From the human T2T-CHM13v2.0 reference genome, Homo sapiens, in assembly GCA_009914755.4 (NCBI GenBank), contig CP068257.2, positions 448,001-512,000 of the forward strand: DNA of 64,000 nt, in the 5' to 3' direction. Below the pieces are notes generated by a model. It was not told the DNA's origin, did no database searches, and saw only the letters and a program-made list of their open reading frames with translations. How positions within the stretch are numbered: the first letter of the stretch is position 1; every line of letters starts with the position of its first letter. Shown piece by piece: positions 1 to 8,140 of the stretch. Made by a program: the position numbers and the translations under genes.

Positions 1-255
1 TCCACTCTGCTCCACTCCACTCCATTCCATTGTATTCCATTCCATTCCACTCTACTCCACTCCTCTCCAACCCAATCCACTCCACTCCATCCCATTCCAT
101 CCAATTCCATTACATTCCACCCCTCGTCCCTCCATTCCACTCCCCTCCACTTCATACCATTTGATTCCATCCCATTCCATTCCATTCCACTCCACTCCAC
201 TCCGCTCCGCTTGGCTCCACTCCATTATATTCCAATCTATTCCATTCCATTCCTT

Positions 256-316
256 ACATTCGATCGGATCTCACTCTGTCACCCAGTCTGGAGTGCAGTG
301 GCAGAATCTCAGTTCA
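256..316 (-). mobile_element. Truncated Alu 3'-end fragment (antisense), copy 1
   Basis: cgatcggatctcactctgtcacccagtctggagtgcagtggcagaatctcagttcac, followed by atttcatttcacc. Matches reverse complement of the Alu right-arm 3' end with CpG>CA decay. Confidence 0.7.
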
Positions 317-554
317 CATTTCATTTCACCATTCCATTCCATTCCATTCCATTCCATTCCATTCCATTCCATTCCATTCCACTCCACTCCACTCCACTCC
401 ATTCCATTCCATTCCATTCCACTGCATTTCACTCCATGCCACTCCACTCACTGCACTCCATTCCATTCCACTCCATCCCATTGCATTCCACTCCATTCCA
501 CTCCACACCACTCCACTCCACTTAGCTTCACTACCCTCCATTCCATTCCATTTC

Positions 555-618
555 TTTCTTTTGACAGCATCTCACCCTGTCAACCAGACTGGCAGACAGT
601 GGCACAAACTCAGTTCAC
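555..618 (-). mobile_element. Truncated Alu 3'-end fragment (antisense), copy 2
   Basis: tttcttttgacagcatctcaccctgtcaaccagactggcagacagtggcacaaactcagttcac. Same truncation point as the other copies. Confidence 0.65.
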
Positions 619-827
619 GTTTCATTTCATTTCACCACTCCATTCCATTCTATTCCATTGCCTTCAATTCCATTGCATTCCACTGCATTCCATTCCATTG
701 CACTCCACTCCATTCCACTCTACTCCACTCCAATCCACCTCATTCCATTACGCTGCATTCCACTCCAATCCACTCCACTCCATTCCATTCCATTCCATTA
801 TAATTCAATCCCCTACATTCCATTAAT

Positions 828-890
828 TTCTTTTGACAGTATCTCATGCTGTCACATAGGCTGGAGTGCAGTGGCACTATCTCAGCTCAC
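828..890 (-). mobile_element. Truncated Alu 3'-end fragment (antisense), copy 3
   Basis: tttcttttgacagtatctcatgctgtcacataggctggagtgcagtggcactatctcagctcac. Confidence 0.7.
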
Positions 891-1115
891 ATTTAATTTC
901 ACAATTCCATTCCATTCCATTCCATTGCATTCCATTGCATTCCATTCCATTGCATTCCATTGCATTCCATTCCATTGCAATCCATTCCATTCAATTCCAT
1001 TCCAAACCATTCCATTCCATTCCTGTGAACTCCAATCCACTCCACTCCACTGCATTCCATTCCATTCCATTCCATTCCATTCCATTCCATTCCACTCCTT
1101 TCCATTCCATTCCTT

Positions 1116-1176
1116 TCCTTCAACACAATCTCACTTTGTCACCCAGGCTGGAGTGCAGTGGCACAATCTCAGCTCA
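1116..1176 (-). mobile_element. Truncated Alu 3'-end fragment (antisense), copy 4
   Basis: ccttcaacacaatctcactttgtcacccaggctggagtgcagtggcacaatctcagctca. Confidence 0.7.
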
Positions 1177-1532
1177 TATTTCATTTCATCATTCCATTCT
1201 ATACCATTCCATTCCTTTCCATTCCATTCTACTCCATTACACTCCAATTCACTCTACTCCACTCCACTCCATTCCATTGCATTCCGTTCCATTCCACTCT
1301 ACTCCACTCCTCTCCACCCCACTCCACTCCACTCCATCCCATTCAATCCAGTTCCATTCCATTCCACTCCTCATCCCTCCACTCCACTCCACTACCCTCC
1401 ACTTCATACCATCCAATTCCATCCCATTCCATTCCATTCCGCTCCACTCCACTCCGCTCCGCTCCACTCTGCTCTGCTCTGCTCCACTCCACTCCACTCC
1501 ATTTCATTCCACTGTATTCCATTCCATTCCTT

Positions 1533-1594
1533 ACGTTCGACAGGATCTCACTCTGTCACCCAGTCTGGAGCGCAGTGGCAGAATCTCAGCTCAC
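1533..1594 (-). mobile_element. Truncated Alu 3'-end fragment (antisense), copy 5
   Basis: cgttcgacaggatctcactctgtcacccagtctggagcgcagtggcagaatctcagctcac. Confidence 0.7.
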
Positions 1595-1939
1595 ATTTCA
1601 TTTCACTATTCCATTCCATTGCATTCCATTCCATTCCATTCCATTCCCCTCCACCCCTCTCCACTGCGCTCCACTCCACTCCATTCCATTACATTCCATT
1701 CCACTCAATTCCACTCCAGTCCACTCCATTCCATCCCACTCCATTCCACTCCACACCATTCCATTCCATCCCACTCCATTCCACTCCACACCATTCCATT
1801 CCATTCCACTCCATTCCACTCCATTCTGCTCCACTCCACTCCACTCCACTGCACTCCATTCCATTAAATTCCATCCCATTCCATTCCACTCCACATCAAT
1901 CCATGCATCTCCACTCCACTAAATTCCATTCCATACCAT

Positions 1940-2001
1940 TCTTTCAACAGGATCTCACTCTGTCATCCAGGCTGGCGTGCAGTGGCACAAACTCAGCTCA
2001 C
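1940..2001 (-). mobile_element. Truncated Alu 3'-end fragment (antisense), copy 6
   Basis: tctttcaacaggatctcactctgtcatccaggctggcgtgcagtggcacaaactcagctcac. Confidence 0.7.
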
Positions 2002-2317
2002 ATTTCATTTAACCATTTAATTCCATTCCATTCCATTCCATTCCATTCCATTCCATTCCATTCCATTCCATACCATTCCATACCATTCCATTCCATTGTA
2101 TTCCACTCTACTCCACTCCAATCCACTCCACTCCACTCCACTCCACTCCATGTCATTTCCATCCATCCCATTCCATTCCACTCCATTCCACCCTACTCGA
2201 CTCAAATTCACTCCACCCCACTCCACTACAAGCCATTCCATTCCATCCCATTTCATTCCACTCCATTCCACTCGACTCCACTCCACTCCATTCAATTCCA
2301 TCCCATTCTATTCCATT

Positions 2318-2384
2318 CCTTTCTTTCGACGGGATCTCACTGTGTCAAAAAACGCTGGAACACAGTGGAACAATCTCAGCTCAC
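2318..2384 (-). mobile_element. Truncated Alu 3'-end fragment (antisense), copy 7 (more diverged)
   Basis: cctttctttcgacgggatctcactgtgtcaaaaaacgctggaacacagtggaacaatctcagctcac. Confidence 0.6.
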
Positions 2385-2777
2385 ATTTCATTTCACCATT
2401 CCTTTCCATTCCATTCCATTCCATTCCATTCCATTCCATTCCATTCCATTCCATTCCACTCCATTCCCCTCCACTCCACTCTACTCCCCTCCATTCCATT
2501 CCATTCCATTCCACTCCACTCTATTCCACTCCAATCCAGCAAATCCATTCCACCGCAATTCACTCCACTCCACTCCACTCCACTCCATTCCATTCCATCC
2601 CATTCCATTTCACTCCATTCCTCTCCACTCAAATCCACTCCACTCCATTCCATTCCACTCCATCCCATTCCTTTCCACTTCATTACGCTCCATTCCACTC
2701 CACTCAACTCCATTCCATTCCATTCCATTCCATTCCATTCCATTCCATTCTAATTCACTCCCTTACATTATATTAAT

Positions 2778-2840
2778 TTATTTCAACAGGATCTCACTCT
2801 GTCACAGAGGCTGGAGTGCAGTGGCACTATCTCAGCTCAC
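2778..2840 (-). mobile_element. Truncated Alu 3'-end fragment (antisense), copy 8
   Basis: tttatttcaacaggatctcactctgtcacagaggctggagtgcagtggcactatctcagctcac. Confidence 0.7.
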
Positions 2841-3126
2841 ATTTAATTTCAGAATTCCATTCCACTGCATTCCATTCCATTGCATTCCATGGCATTTCAT
2901 TCCATTACATTCCATTCAATTCCATTTCATCCCATTCCAAGGCACGCCTGTGAACTCCACTCCACTGCATTCCATTCTAATCCATTCCATTCCACTCCAC
3001 TCCACTCCACTCTACTCCACTCCATTCCATTCCATTCCATCCCATTCCATTCCACTCCATTCCAATATACTGCACTCCACTACACTCTATTCCATTCCAT
3101 TGCATTCCAGTCCTTTCCATTCCATT

Positions 3127-3191
3127 CCTTTCTTTCAACAGGTTTTCACTCTGTCACCCATGCTGGAGTGCAGTGGCACAATCTCAGCTCA
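3127..3191 (-). mobile_element. Truncated Alu 3'-end fragment (antisense), copy 9
   Basis: cctttctttcaacaggttttcactctgtcacccatgctggagtgcagtggcacaatctcagctca. Confidence 0.7.
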
Positions 3192-3595
3192 TATTTCACT
3201 TCTTCATTCCATTCTATTCCATTCCATTGCTTTCCATTCCATTCAATTCGATTCCACTACATTCCATTCCACTCCACTCCACTCCTCTTCATTCGACTCC
3301 ACTCCATTCCATTCCATTAAATTCCACTCCATTCTACTCCATTCCTCTCCACCCAACTCCACTCCACTCCATTCAATTCCATCCAATTCCATACCACTCC
3401 ACTCCTCTCCCCAACACTCCACTCCACTCCCCTCCACTTCATTCCATTCGATTCCATCCCATTCCATTCCATTTGACTCCACTCCTCTCCACTCCATTCC
3501 ACTCCATTCCATTCCTTTCGTTTCCCCTCCATTCCATTCCACTCCACTCCACTCCATTCCATTCCATTCCATTCCACTCCATTCCGTTCCATTCC

Positions 3596-3659
3596 TCACA
3601 TTCGACAGGATGTCTCTCGGTCACCCAGTCTGGAGTGCAGTGGCAGAATCTCAGCTTAC
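3596..3659 (-). mobile_element. Truncated Alu 3'-end fragment (antisense), copy 10
   Basis: tcacattcgacaggatgtctctcggtcacccagtctggagtgcagtggcagaatctcagcttac. Confidence 0.65.
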
Positions 3660-3875
3660 ATTTCATTTCACTATTCCATTCCATTCCATTCCATTTCATT
3701 CCATTCCACTCCATTCCATTCCATTCCACTGCACTCCACTCCACTCCATTCCATTCCATTCCATTCCACGCCAGTCCACCCTATTCCACTCCAATCCACT
3801 CCATTCCATTCCACTCCATTCCACTCCACACCACTCCACTATAATCAACTCCACTCCACTCCATTCCATTCCATT

Positions 3876-3941
3876 ACTTTCTTTTGATAGCATCTCAACC
3901 TGTCAACAAGACTGGCGGGCAGTGGCACAAACTCAGCTCAC
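3876..3941 (-). mobile_element. Truncated Alu 3'-end fragment (antisense), copy 11
   Basis: actttcttttgatagcatctcaacctgtcaacaagactggcgggcagtggcacaaactcagctcac. Confidence 0.65.
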
Positions 3942-4257
3942 ATTTCATTTCACCACTCCATTCCATTCTATTCCATTGCATTCCATTCTATTACATTCCA
4001 CTGCATTCCATTCCATTCCACTCCACTCCATTCCACTCTACTGCACTCCAGTCCATTCCACTCCACCTCACTCCATGGCATTCAATTCCATCCCATTCCA
4101 TTTCACTAAATTTCACTCTACTCCACTCCAATCCACTCCTCTCTACTCCACTCCATGCCATTCCTCTCCATCCCATTCCATTCCACTGCATTCCACTTGA
4201 CTCCACTCCACTTCACTGCATTCCATTCCATACAATTCCACTCCATTCCATTCCATT

Positions 4258-4322
4258 CCTTTCTTTCCGCAGGAGCTCACTCTGTCACAAAGGCTGGAGT
4301 GCAGCGGCACAATCTCAGCTCA
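4258..4322 (-). mobile_element. Truncated Alu 3'-end fragment (antisense), copy 12
   Basis: cctttctttccgcaggagctcactctgtcacaaaggctggagtgcagcggcacaatctcagctca. Confidence 0.7.
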
Positions 4323-4534
4323 AATTTCTTTTCACCATTCCATTGCATTCCATTCCATCCAATTCCATTCCACCCTATTTACCTCTAGTCCACTCCACTC
4401 CATTCCATTTCACTCCATCCCATTCCATTCGACTCCATTTCACTCCACTCCACTCCACTCCACTCCACTCCACTCCACTCCACTCCCCTCCACTCCATTC
4501 CATTCCATTCCATTTAACTCCATTGCATTCCATT

Positions 4535-4600
4535 CCTTTCTTTCAACAGGATATCACTGTGTCACCCAGGCTGGAGGGCAGTGGCACAATCACAGCTCAC
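4535..4600 (-). mobile_element. Truncated Alu 3'-end fragment (antisense), copy 13
   Basis: ctttctttcaacaggatatcactgtgtcacccaggctggagggcagtggcacaatcacagctcac. Confidence 0.7.
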
Positions 4601-4975
4601 ATTACATGTCAACTTTCCATTGCATTGCATTCCATTCCATTCAATTACATTCCATTCCACTTCATTCCACACCACTCCACGCCACTCTACTCCACTGCAT
4701 TCCATTACATCCGATTCCATTCCACTCAATTCCACTCCTCTCCACTCCACTGCACTCCACTACACTCCATTCCACTCCATCCCAATCCATTCGGCTCCAT
4801 TCCACTGAACCCCACTCTGTTCCATTCCATTGAACTCCACTCCTCTCAATTCCACTGAACTCCACTGCATCCCACTCCACTCCACTTCATTCCATTCCAT
4901 TCCATCCCATTCTATTCCTCGCCATTCCACTCCACTCCAGTCCACTCCATTCCATTGCACTGCATTCCATTCCAT

Positions 4976-5042
4976 TCCTTCCTTTCGAGGGTATCTCACT
5001 CTGTGACCCAGCCTGGAGTACAGTGGCACAGTCTCAGCTCAC
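4976..5042 (-). mobile_element. Truncated Alu 3'-end fragment (antisense), copy 14
   Basis: ccttcctttcgagggtatctcactctgtgacccagcctggagtacagtggcacagtctcagctcac. Confidence 0.7.
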
Positions 5043-5242
5043 ATTTCGTTTCTCCACTCCATTCCATTCCACTCCATTCCATTCCACTCCAATCCAATCC
5101 ACTCCACTCCACTCCAATCCATGCCACTACACTCCACTCCTCTCCATTCCAGTGCACTCCACACCTGTCCATTCCATCCCATTCCATTCCACTCCTTTCC
5201 ACTCCACTCCATTCCATTCCATTCAACTCCACTCCATTCCAT

Positions 5243-5308
5243 TCTTTCTTTTGACAGTATCTCACTCTGTCACTCAGACTGGTGTGCAGTGACACAAAAA
5301 CAGCTCAC
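5243..5308 (-). mobile_element. Truncated Alu 3'-end fragment (antisense), copy 15
   Basis: tctttcttttgacagtatctcactctgtcactcagactggtgtgcagtgacacaaaaacagctcac. Confidence 0.65.
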
Positions 5309-5454
5309 ATTTCATTTCACGATTCCATTCCATTCCATTCCAATCCATTCCATTCCATTCCATTCCACTGCACTCCACTCCACTCCAATCAATTCCACTC
5401 CACTCCACTTCCATCCATTCCTTTCCATTCCATTCCAATCCCTTCCATTCCACT

Positions 5455-5521
5455 CCCTTTCCTTCGACAGGATCTCCCTCTGTCACACAGGCTGTAGTGC
5501 AGTGGCACAATCTCAGCACAC
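5455..5521 (-). mobile_element. Truncated Alu 3'-end fragment (antisense), copy 16
   Basis: cctttccttcgacaggatctccctctgtcacacaggctgtagtgcagtggcacaatctcagcacac. Confidence 0.65.
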
Positions 5522-5726
5522 ATTTCTTTTCACCATTCCATTGCATTCCATTCCATTCCATTCCATTCCACTCCACTCCTCTCCACTCTTTTCCACTCGA
5601 CTCCACTCCATTCCGTTCCACTCTACTCCACTCCCCTCCATTTCATTCCATCCCATTCCATTCCACTCCTTTCCACTCCACTCCACTGAACTGCCTTCCA
5701 TTCCATTCCATGCCATTCCATTCCAA

Positions 5727-5793
5727 TATTTTCTTTTGACAGGATCTCACTCTGTCACCGAGGCTGGAGTGCAGTGGCACAATCTCAGATCAC
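5727..5793 (-). mobile_element. Truncated Alu 3'-end fragment (antisense), copy 17
   Basis: tattttcttttgacaggatctcactctgtcaccgaggctggagtgcagtggcacaatctcagatcac. Confidence 0.7.
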
Positions 5794-5940
5794 ATTTCAT
5801 TTCACCATTCCATTCCATTCCATTCCAATACATTCCATTCCATTCCATTCATTCCATTCTATTCCATTCCCCTCCATTCCGTTCCATTCCACTCCACTCC
5901 ACTCCATTTTATTCCATTCTACTCCATTCCATTGCATTCC

Positions 5941-6005
5941 TTTATTTCGAATGGATCTCACACTGTCAAAAAGACTGGAGTGTAGTGGCAAAATCTTAGC
6001 TCACA
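5941..6005 (-). mobile_element. Truncated Alu 3'-end fragment (antisense), copy 18
   Basis: tttatttcgaatggatctcacactgtcaaaaagactggagtgtagtggcaaaatcttagctcac. Confidence 0.6.
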
Positions 6006-6477
6006 TTTCATTTTTCCATTCCATTCCATTCCATTCCATTCCATTCCATTCCATTCCATTCCACTCGACTCCACTCCACTCCATTCCATTCCACTCCACT
6101 CCACTTCACTCCACTCCATTCCATTCCATTAAATTCCATTACATTCCAGTCCACTCCACTCCATGCCACCCCATTACACTCCACTCCACTCTACTCCATT
6201 CCACTCCACTCCTTTAGGTTACACTCCATTCCACTTCATGCCACTCCATTCCACTGCACTCCTCTCCACTCCCCTCCATTTTACTCCACTCCACTCCATT
6301 CCATTCCACTCCACTCCACTCCACTCCACTCCATTCCATTCCATTCCAATCCATTCCACTCCATTCTATTCCACTCGACTCCACTCCAATCCATTCCACT
6401 CCACTCCATTCCATTCCACTCCACTCGAATCCAGTCCACTCCACTCCATTCCATTCTATGACATTCCATTCCATTGC

Positions 6478-6542
6478 TTTATTTTGACTGGATCTCACTC
6501 TGTCACCCAGACTGGAGTGCAGTGGCACAATGTTAGCTCACA
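6478..6542 (-). mobile_element. Truncated Alu 3'-end fragment (antisense), copy 19
   Basis: tttattttgactggatctcactctgtcacccagactggagtgcagtggcacaatgttagctcac. Confidence 0.7.
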
Positions 6543-6597
6543 TTTTACTTCACCATTCCATTCCATTCCATTCCATTCCACCCCATTCCGTTCCATT

Positions 6598-6665
6598 CTC
6601 TTCTTTCAACAGGATATCACTGTGTCAAAAAAGGCTGCAATACAGTGGCACAATCTCAGCTCACA
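6598..6665 (-). mobile_element. Truncated Alu 3'-end fragment (antisense), copy 20. It lies only ~120 bp after copy 19.
   Basis: ctcttctttcaacaggatatcactgtgtcaaaaaaggctgcaatacagtggcacaatctcagctcac. Confidence 0.6.
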
Positions 6666-6744
6666 TTTTATTTCAGCATTCCATTATATTCCTTTCCTTT
6701 CCATTCCATTACATCCCACTCCACTCCATTCCATTCCACTCCAA

Positions 6745-6775
6745 TCCCCTCCCCTCCCCTCCCCTCCCCTCCATT
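6745..6775 (+). repeat. (CCCCT)5 microsatellite inside HSat3. A second copy with 4 units lies at ~7407-7430.
   Basis: aatcccctcccctcccctcccctcccctccattcc. Confidence 0.8.
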
Positions 6776-7035
6776 CCATTCCATACCATCCCATTCCATT
6801 GCATTCTACTCCATTCCACTACACTCCAATCAACTCCACTCCATTCCACTTCACTTCAATCCACTCCACTCCATTCCATTCCATCCCATTCCATTTCACT
6901 CCATTCCTCTCCACTCCACTCCATTAATTCCACTCAATCCTAGTGCATTCCACTCCATTCCACTCCATTCCACTCCATTCCACTCCATTCTATTCCATTC
7001 CTTTCCATTTCACTCCATTCCATTCCATTCCGTTC

Positions 7036-7099
7036 CTTTCTTTCGACAGGATCTCACTCTGTCACCCAGGCTGTAGTGCAGTGACACAATCTCAGCTCA
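7036..7099 (-). mobile_element. Truncated Alu 3'-end fragment (antisense), copy 21
   Basis: cctttctttcgacaggatctcactctgtcacccaggctgtagtgcagtgacacaatctcagctca. Confidence 0.7.
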
Positions 7100-7266
7100 T
7101 ATTTCATTTCCCCTTTCCATTTCTTTCCATTCCATTCCATTCTGTGCCATTCCACTCCACTCCACTCCACTCCACTCCACTCCACTCCATTCCAATCCAC
7201 TGCACTCCACTCCATTCCATTCCATTCCATTCCATTCCATTCCATTCAACCCCATTCCGTTCCATT

Positions 7267-7334
7267 CTCTTCTTTCAACAGGATATCACTGTGTCAAAAA
7301 AGGCTGCAATACAGTGGTACAATCTCAGCTCACA
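7267..7334 (-). mobile_element. Truncated Alu 3'-end fragment (antisense), copy 22. Paralogue of copy 20 through the 670 bp duplication.
   Basis: ctcttctttcaacaggatatcactgtgtcaaaaaaggctgcaatacagtggtacaatctcagctcac. Confidence 0.6.
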
Positions 7335-7699
7335 TTTTATTTCAGCATTCCATTATATTCCTTTCCTTTCCATTCCATTCCATCCCACTCCACTCCATTC
7401 CATTCCACTCCAATCCCCTCCCCTCCCCTCCCCTCCATTCCGTTCCATACCATCCCATTCCATTGCATTCCACTCCATTCCACTCCACTCCAATCAACTC
7501 CACTCCATTCCATTTCACTTCAATCCACTCCACTCCATTCCATTCCATCCCATTCCATTTCACTCCATTCCTCTCCACTCCACTCCATTAATTCCACTCA
7601 ATCCTAGTCCATTCCTCTCCATTCCACTCCATTCCACTCCACTCCACTCCATTCTATTCCATTCCTTTCCATTTCACTCCATTCCATTCCATTCCATTC

Positions 7700-7764
7700 C
7701 TTTCTTTCGACAGGATCTCACTCTGTCACCCAGGCTGGAGTATGGTGGCACTATCTCAGTTCAC
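7700..7764 (-). mobile_element. Truncated Alu 3'-end fragment (antisense), copy 23. Paralogue of copy 21.
   Basis: cctttctttcgacaggatctcactctgtcacccaggctggagtatggtggcactatctcagttcac. Confidence 0.7.
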
Positions 7765-8060
7765 ATTTCATTTCACCATTGCATTCCATTCCATTGCATT
7801 CCATTCCATTCCAATCCATTCAATTCCATTCCATCCAATTCCATTCCACTCCTGTGAACTCCACTCCACTCCAATTCATTCCATTCCATTCCATTCCATT
7901 TCATTCCATTCCATTCCATTCCATTCCATACAATACCATTCCATTCCACTCCACTCCACTCCACTGCACTCCATCCCAATCCATTCCACTCCATTCCACT
8001 GTACTCCACTCCACTCCACTCCAATCCATTCCATTCCATTCCACACCTTTCCATTCCATT

Positions 8061-8126
8061 CCTTTCTTTCAACAGTATTTCACTCTTTCCAACAGGCTGC
8101 AGTGCAGTGCTACAATCTCAGCTCAT
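8061..8126 (-). mobile_element. Truncated Alu 3'-end fragment (antisense), copy 24. Most diverged copy and the last one in the window.
   Basis: cctttctttcaacagtatttcactctttccaacaggctgcagtgcagtgctacaatctcagctca. Confidence 0.55.
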
Positions 8127-8140
8127 ATTTCACTTCATCA

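Larger units (their letters stand above)
6590..7935 (+). repeat. Tandem duplication of a ~670 bp compound HSat3 unit. Each copy contains two Alu fragments and a (CCCCT)n run.
   Basis: The 6598-7264 block is nearly repeated at 7267-7934. The motifs ttctttcaacaggatatcactgtgtcaaaaaaggctgcaatacagtgg, cattatattcctttcc and aatcccctcccctcccct recur at a +669/670 offset. Paralogous ORF peptides occur at 6645..7076 and 7314..7607. Confidence 0.8.
1..8140 (+). repeat. HSat3-like (ATTCC)n pentameric satellite with embedded antisense Alu 3'-end fragments. The + strand is the C-rich strand.
   Basis: Dominant tandem ATTCC/ACTCC pentamers (cattccattccattcc...). 24 interspersed ~60 bp blocks match the reverse complement of the Alu 3' end (GGATCTCACTCTGTCACCCAGGCTGGAGTGCAGTGGCACAATCTCAGCTCAC). 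Confidence 0.9.

Noticed and set aside
658-4200. Very long ORFs on the + strand: 1,180 aa at 658-4200, and 300-650 aa ORFs through 20 kb. Many GMEWN-type ORFs on the - strand.
   Set aside because: (ATTCC)n and its complement contain no stop codons in several frames. The translations are pure low-complexity HSIPFHSTPLHS / GMEWNGVEWS repeats. There is no start context and no domain-like sequence, and they read straight through the Alu fragments. They are repeat artefacts, not genes.
1-8140. The Alu fragments as independent retrotransposition events, i.e. a young Alu insertion hotspot.
   Set aside because: All copies have the identical 5' and 3' breakpoints, the same orientation, the same degenerate tail and shared CpG-decay substitutions. 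There are no target-site duplications and no A-rich tails. They are paralogous copies of one ancestral fragment amplified with the satellite.
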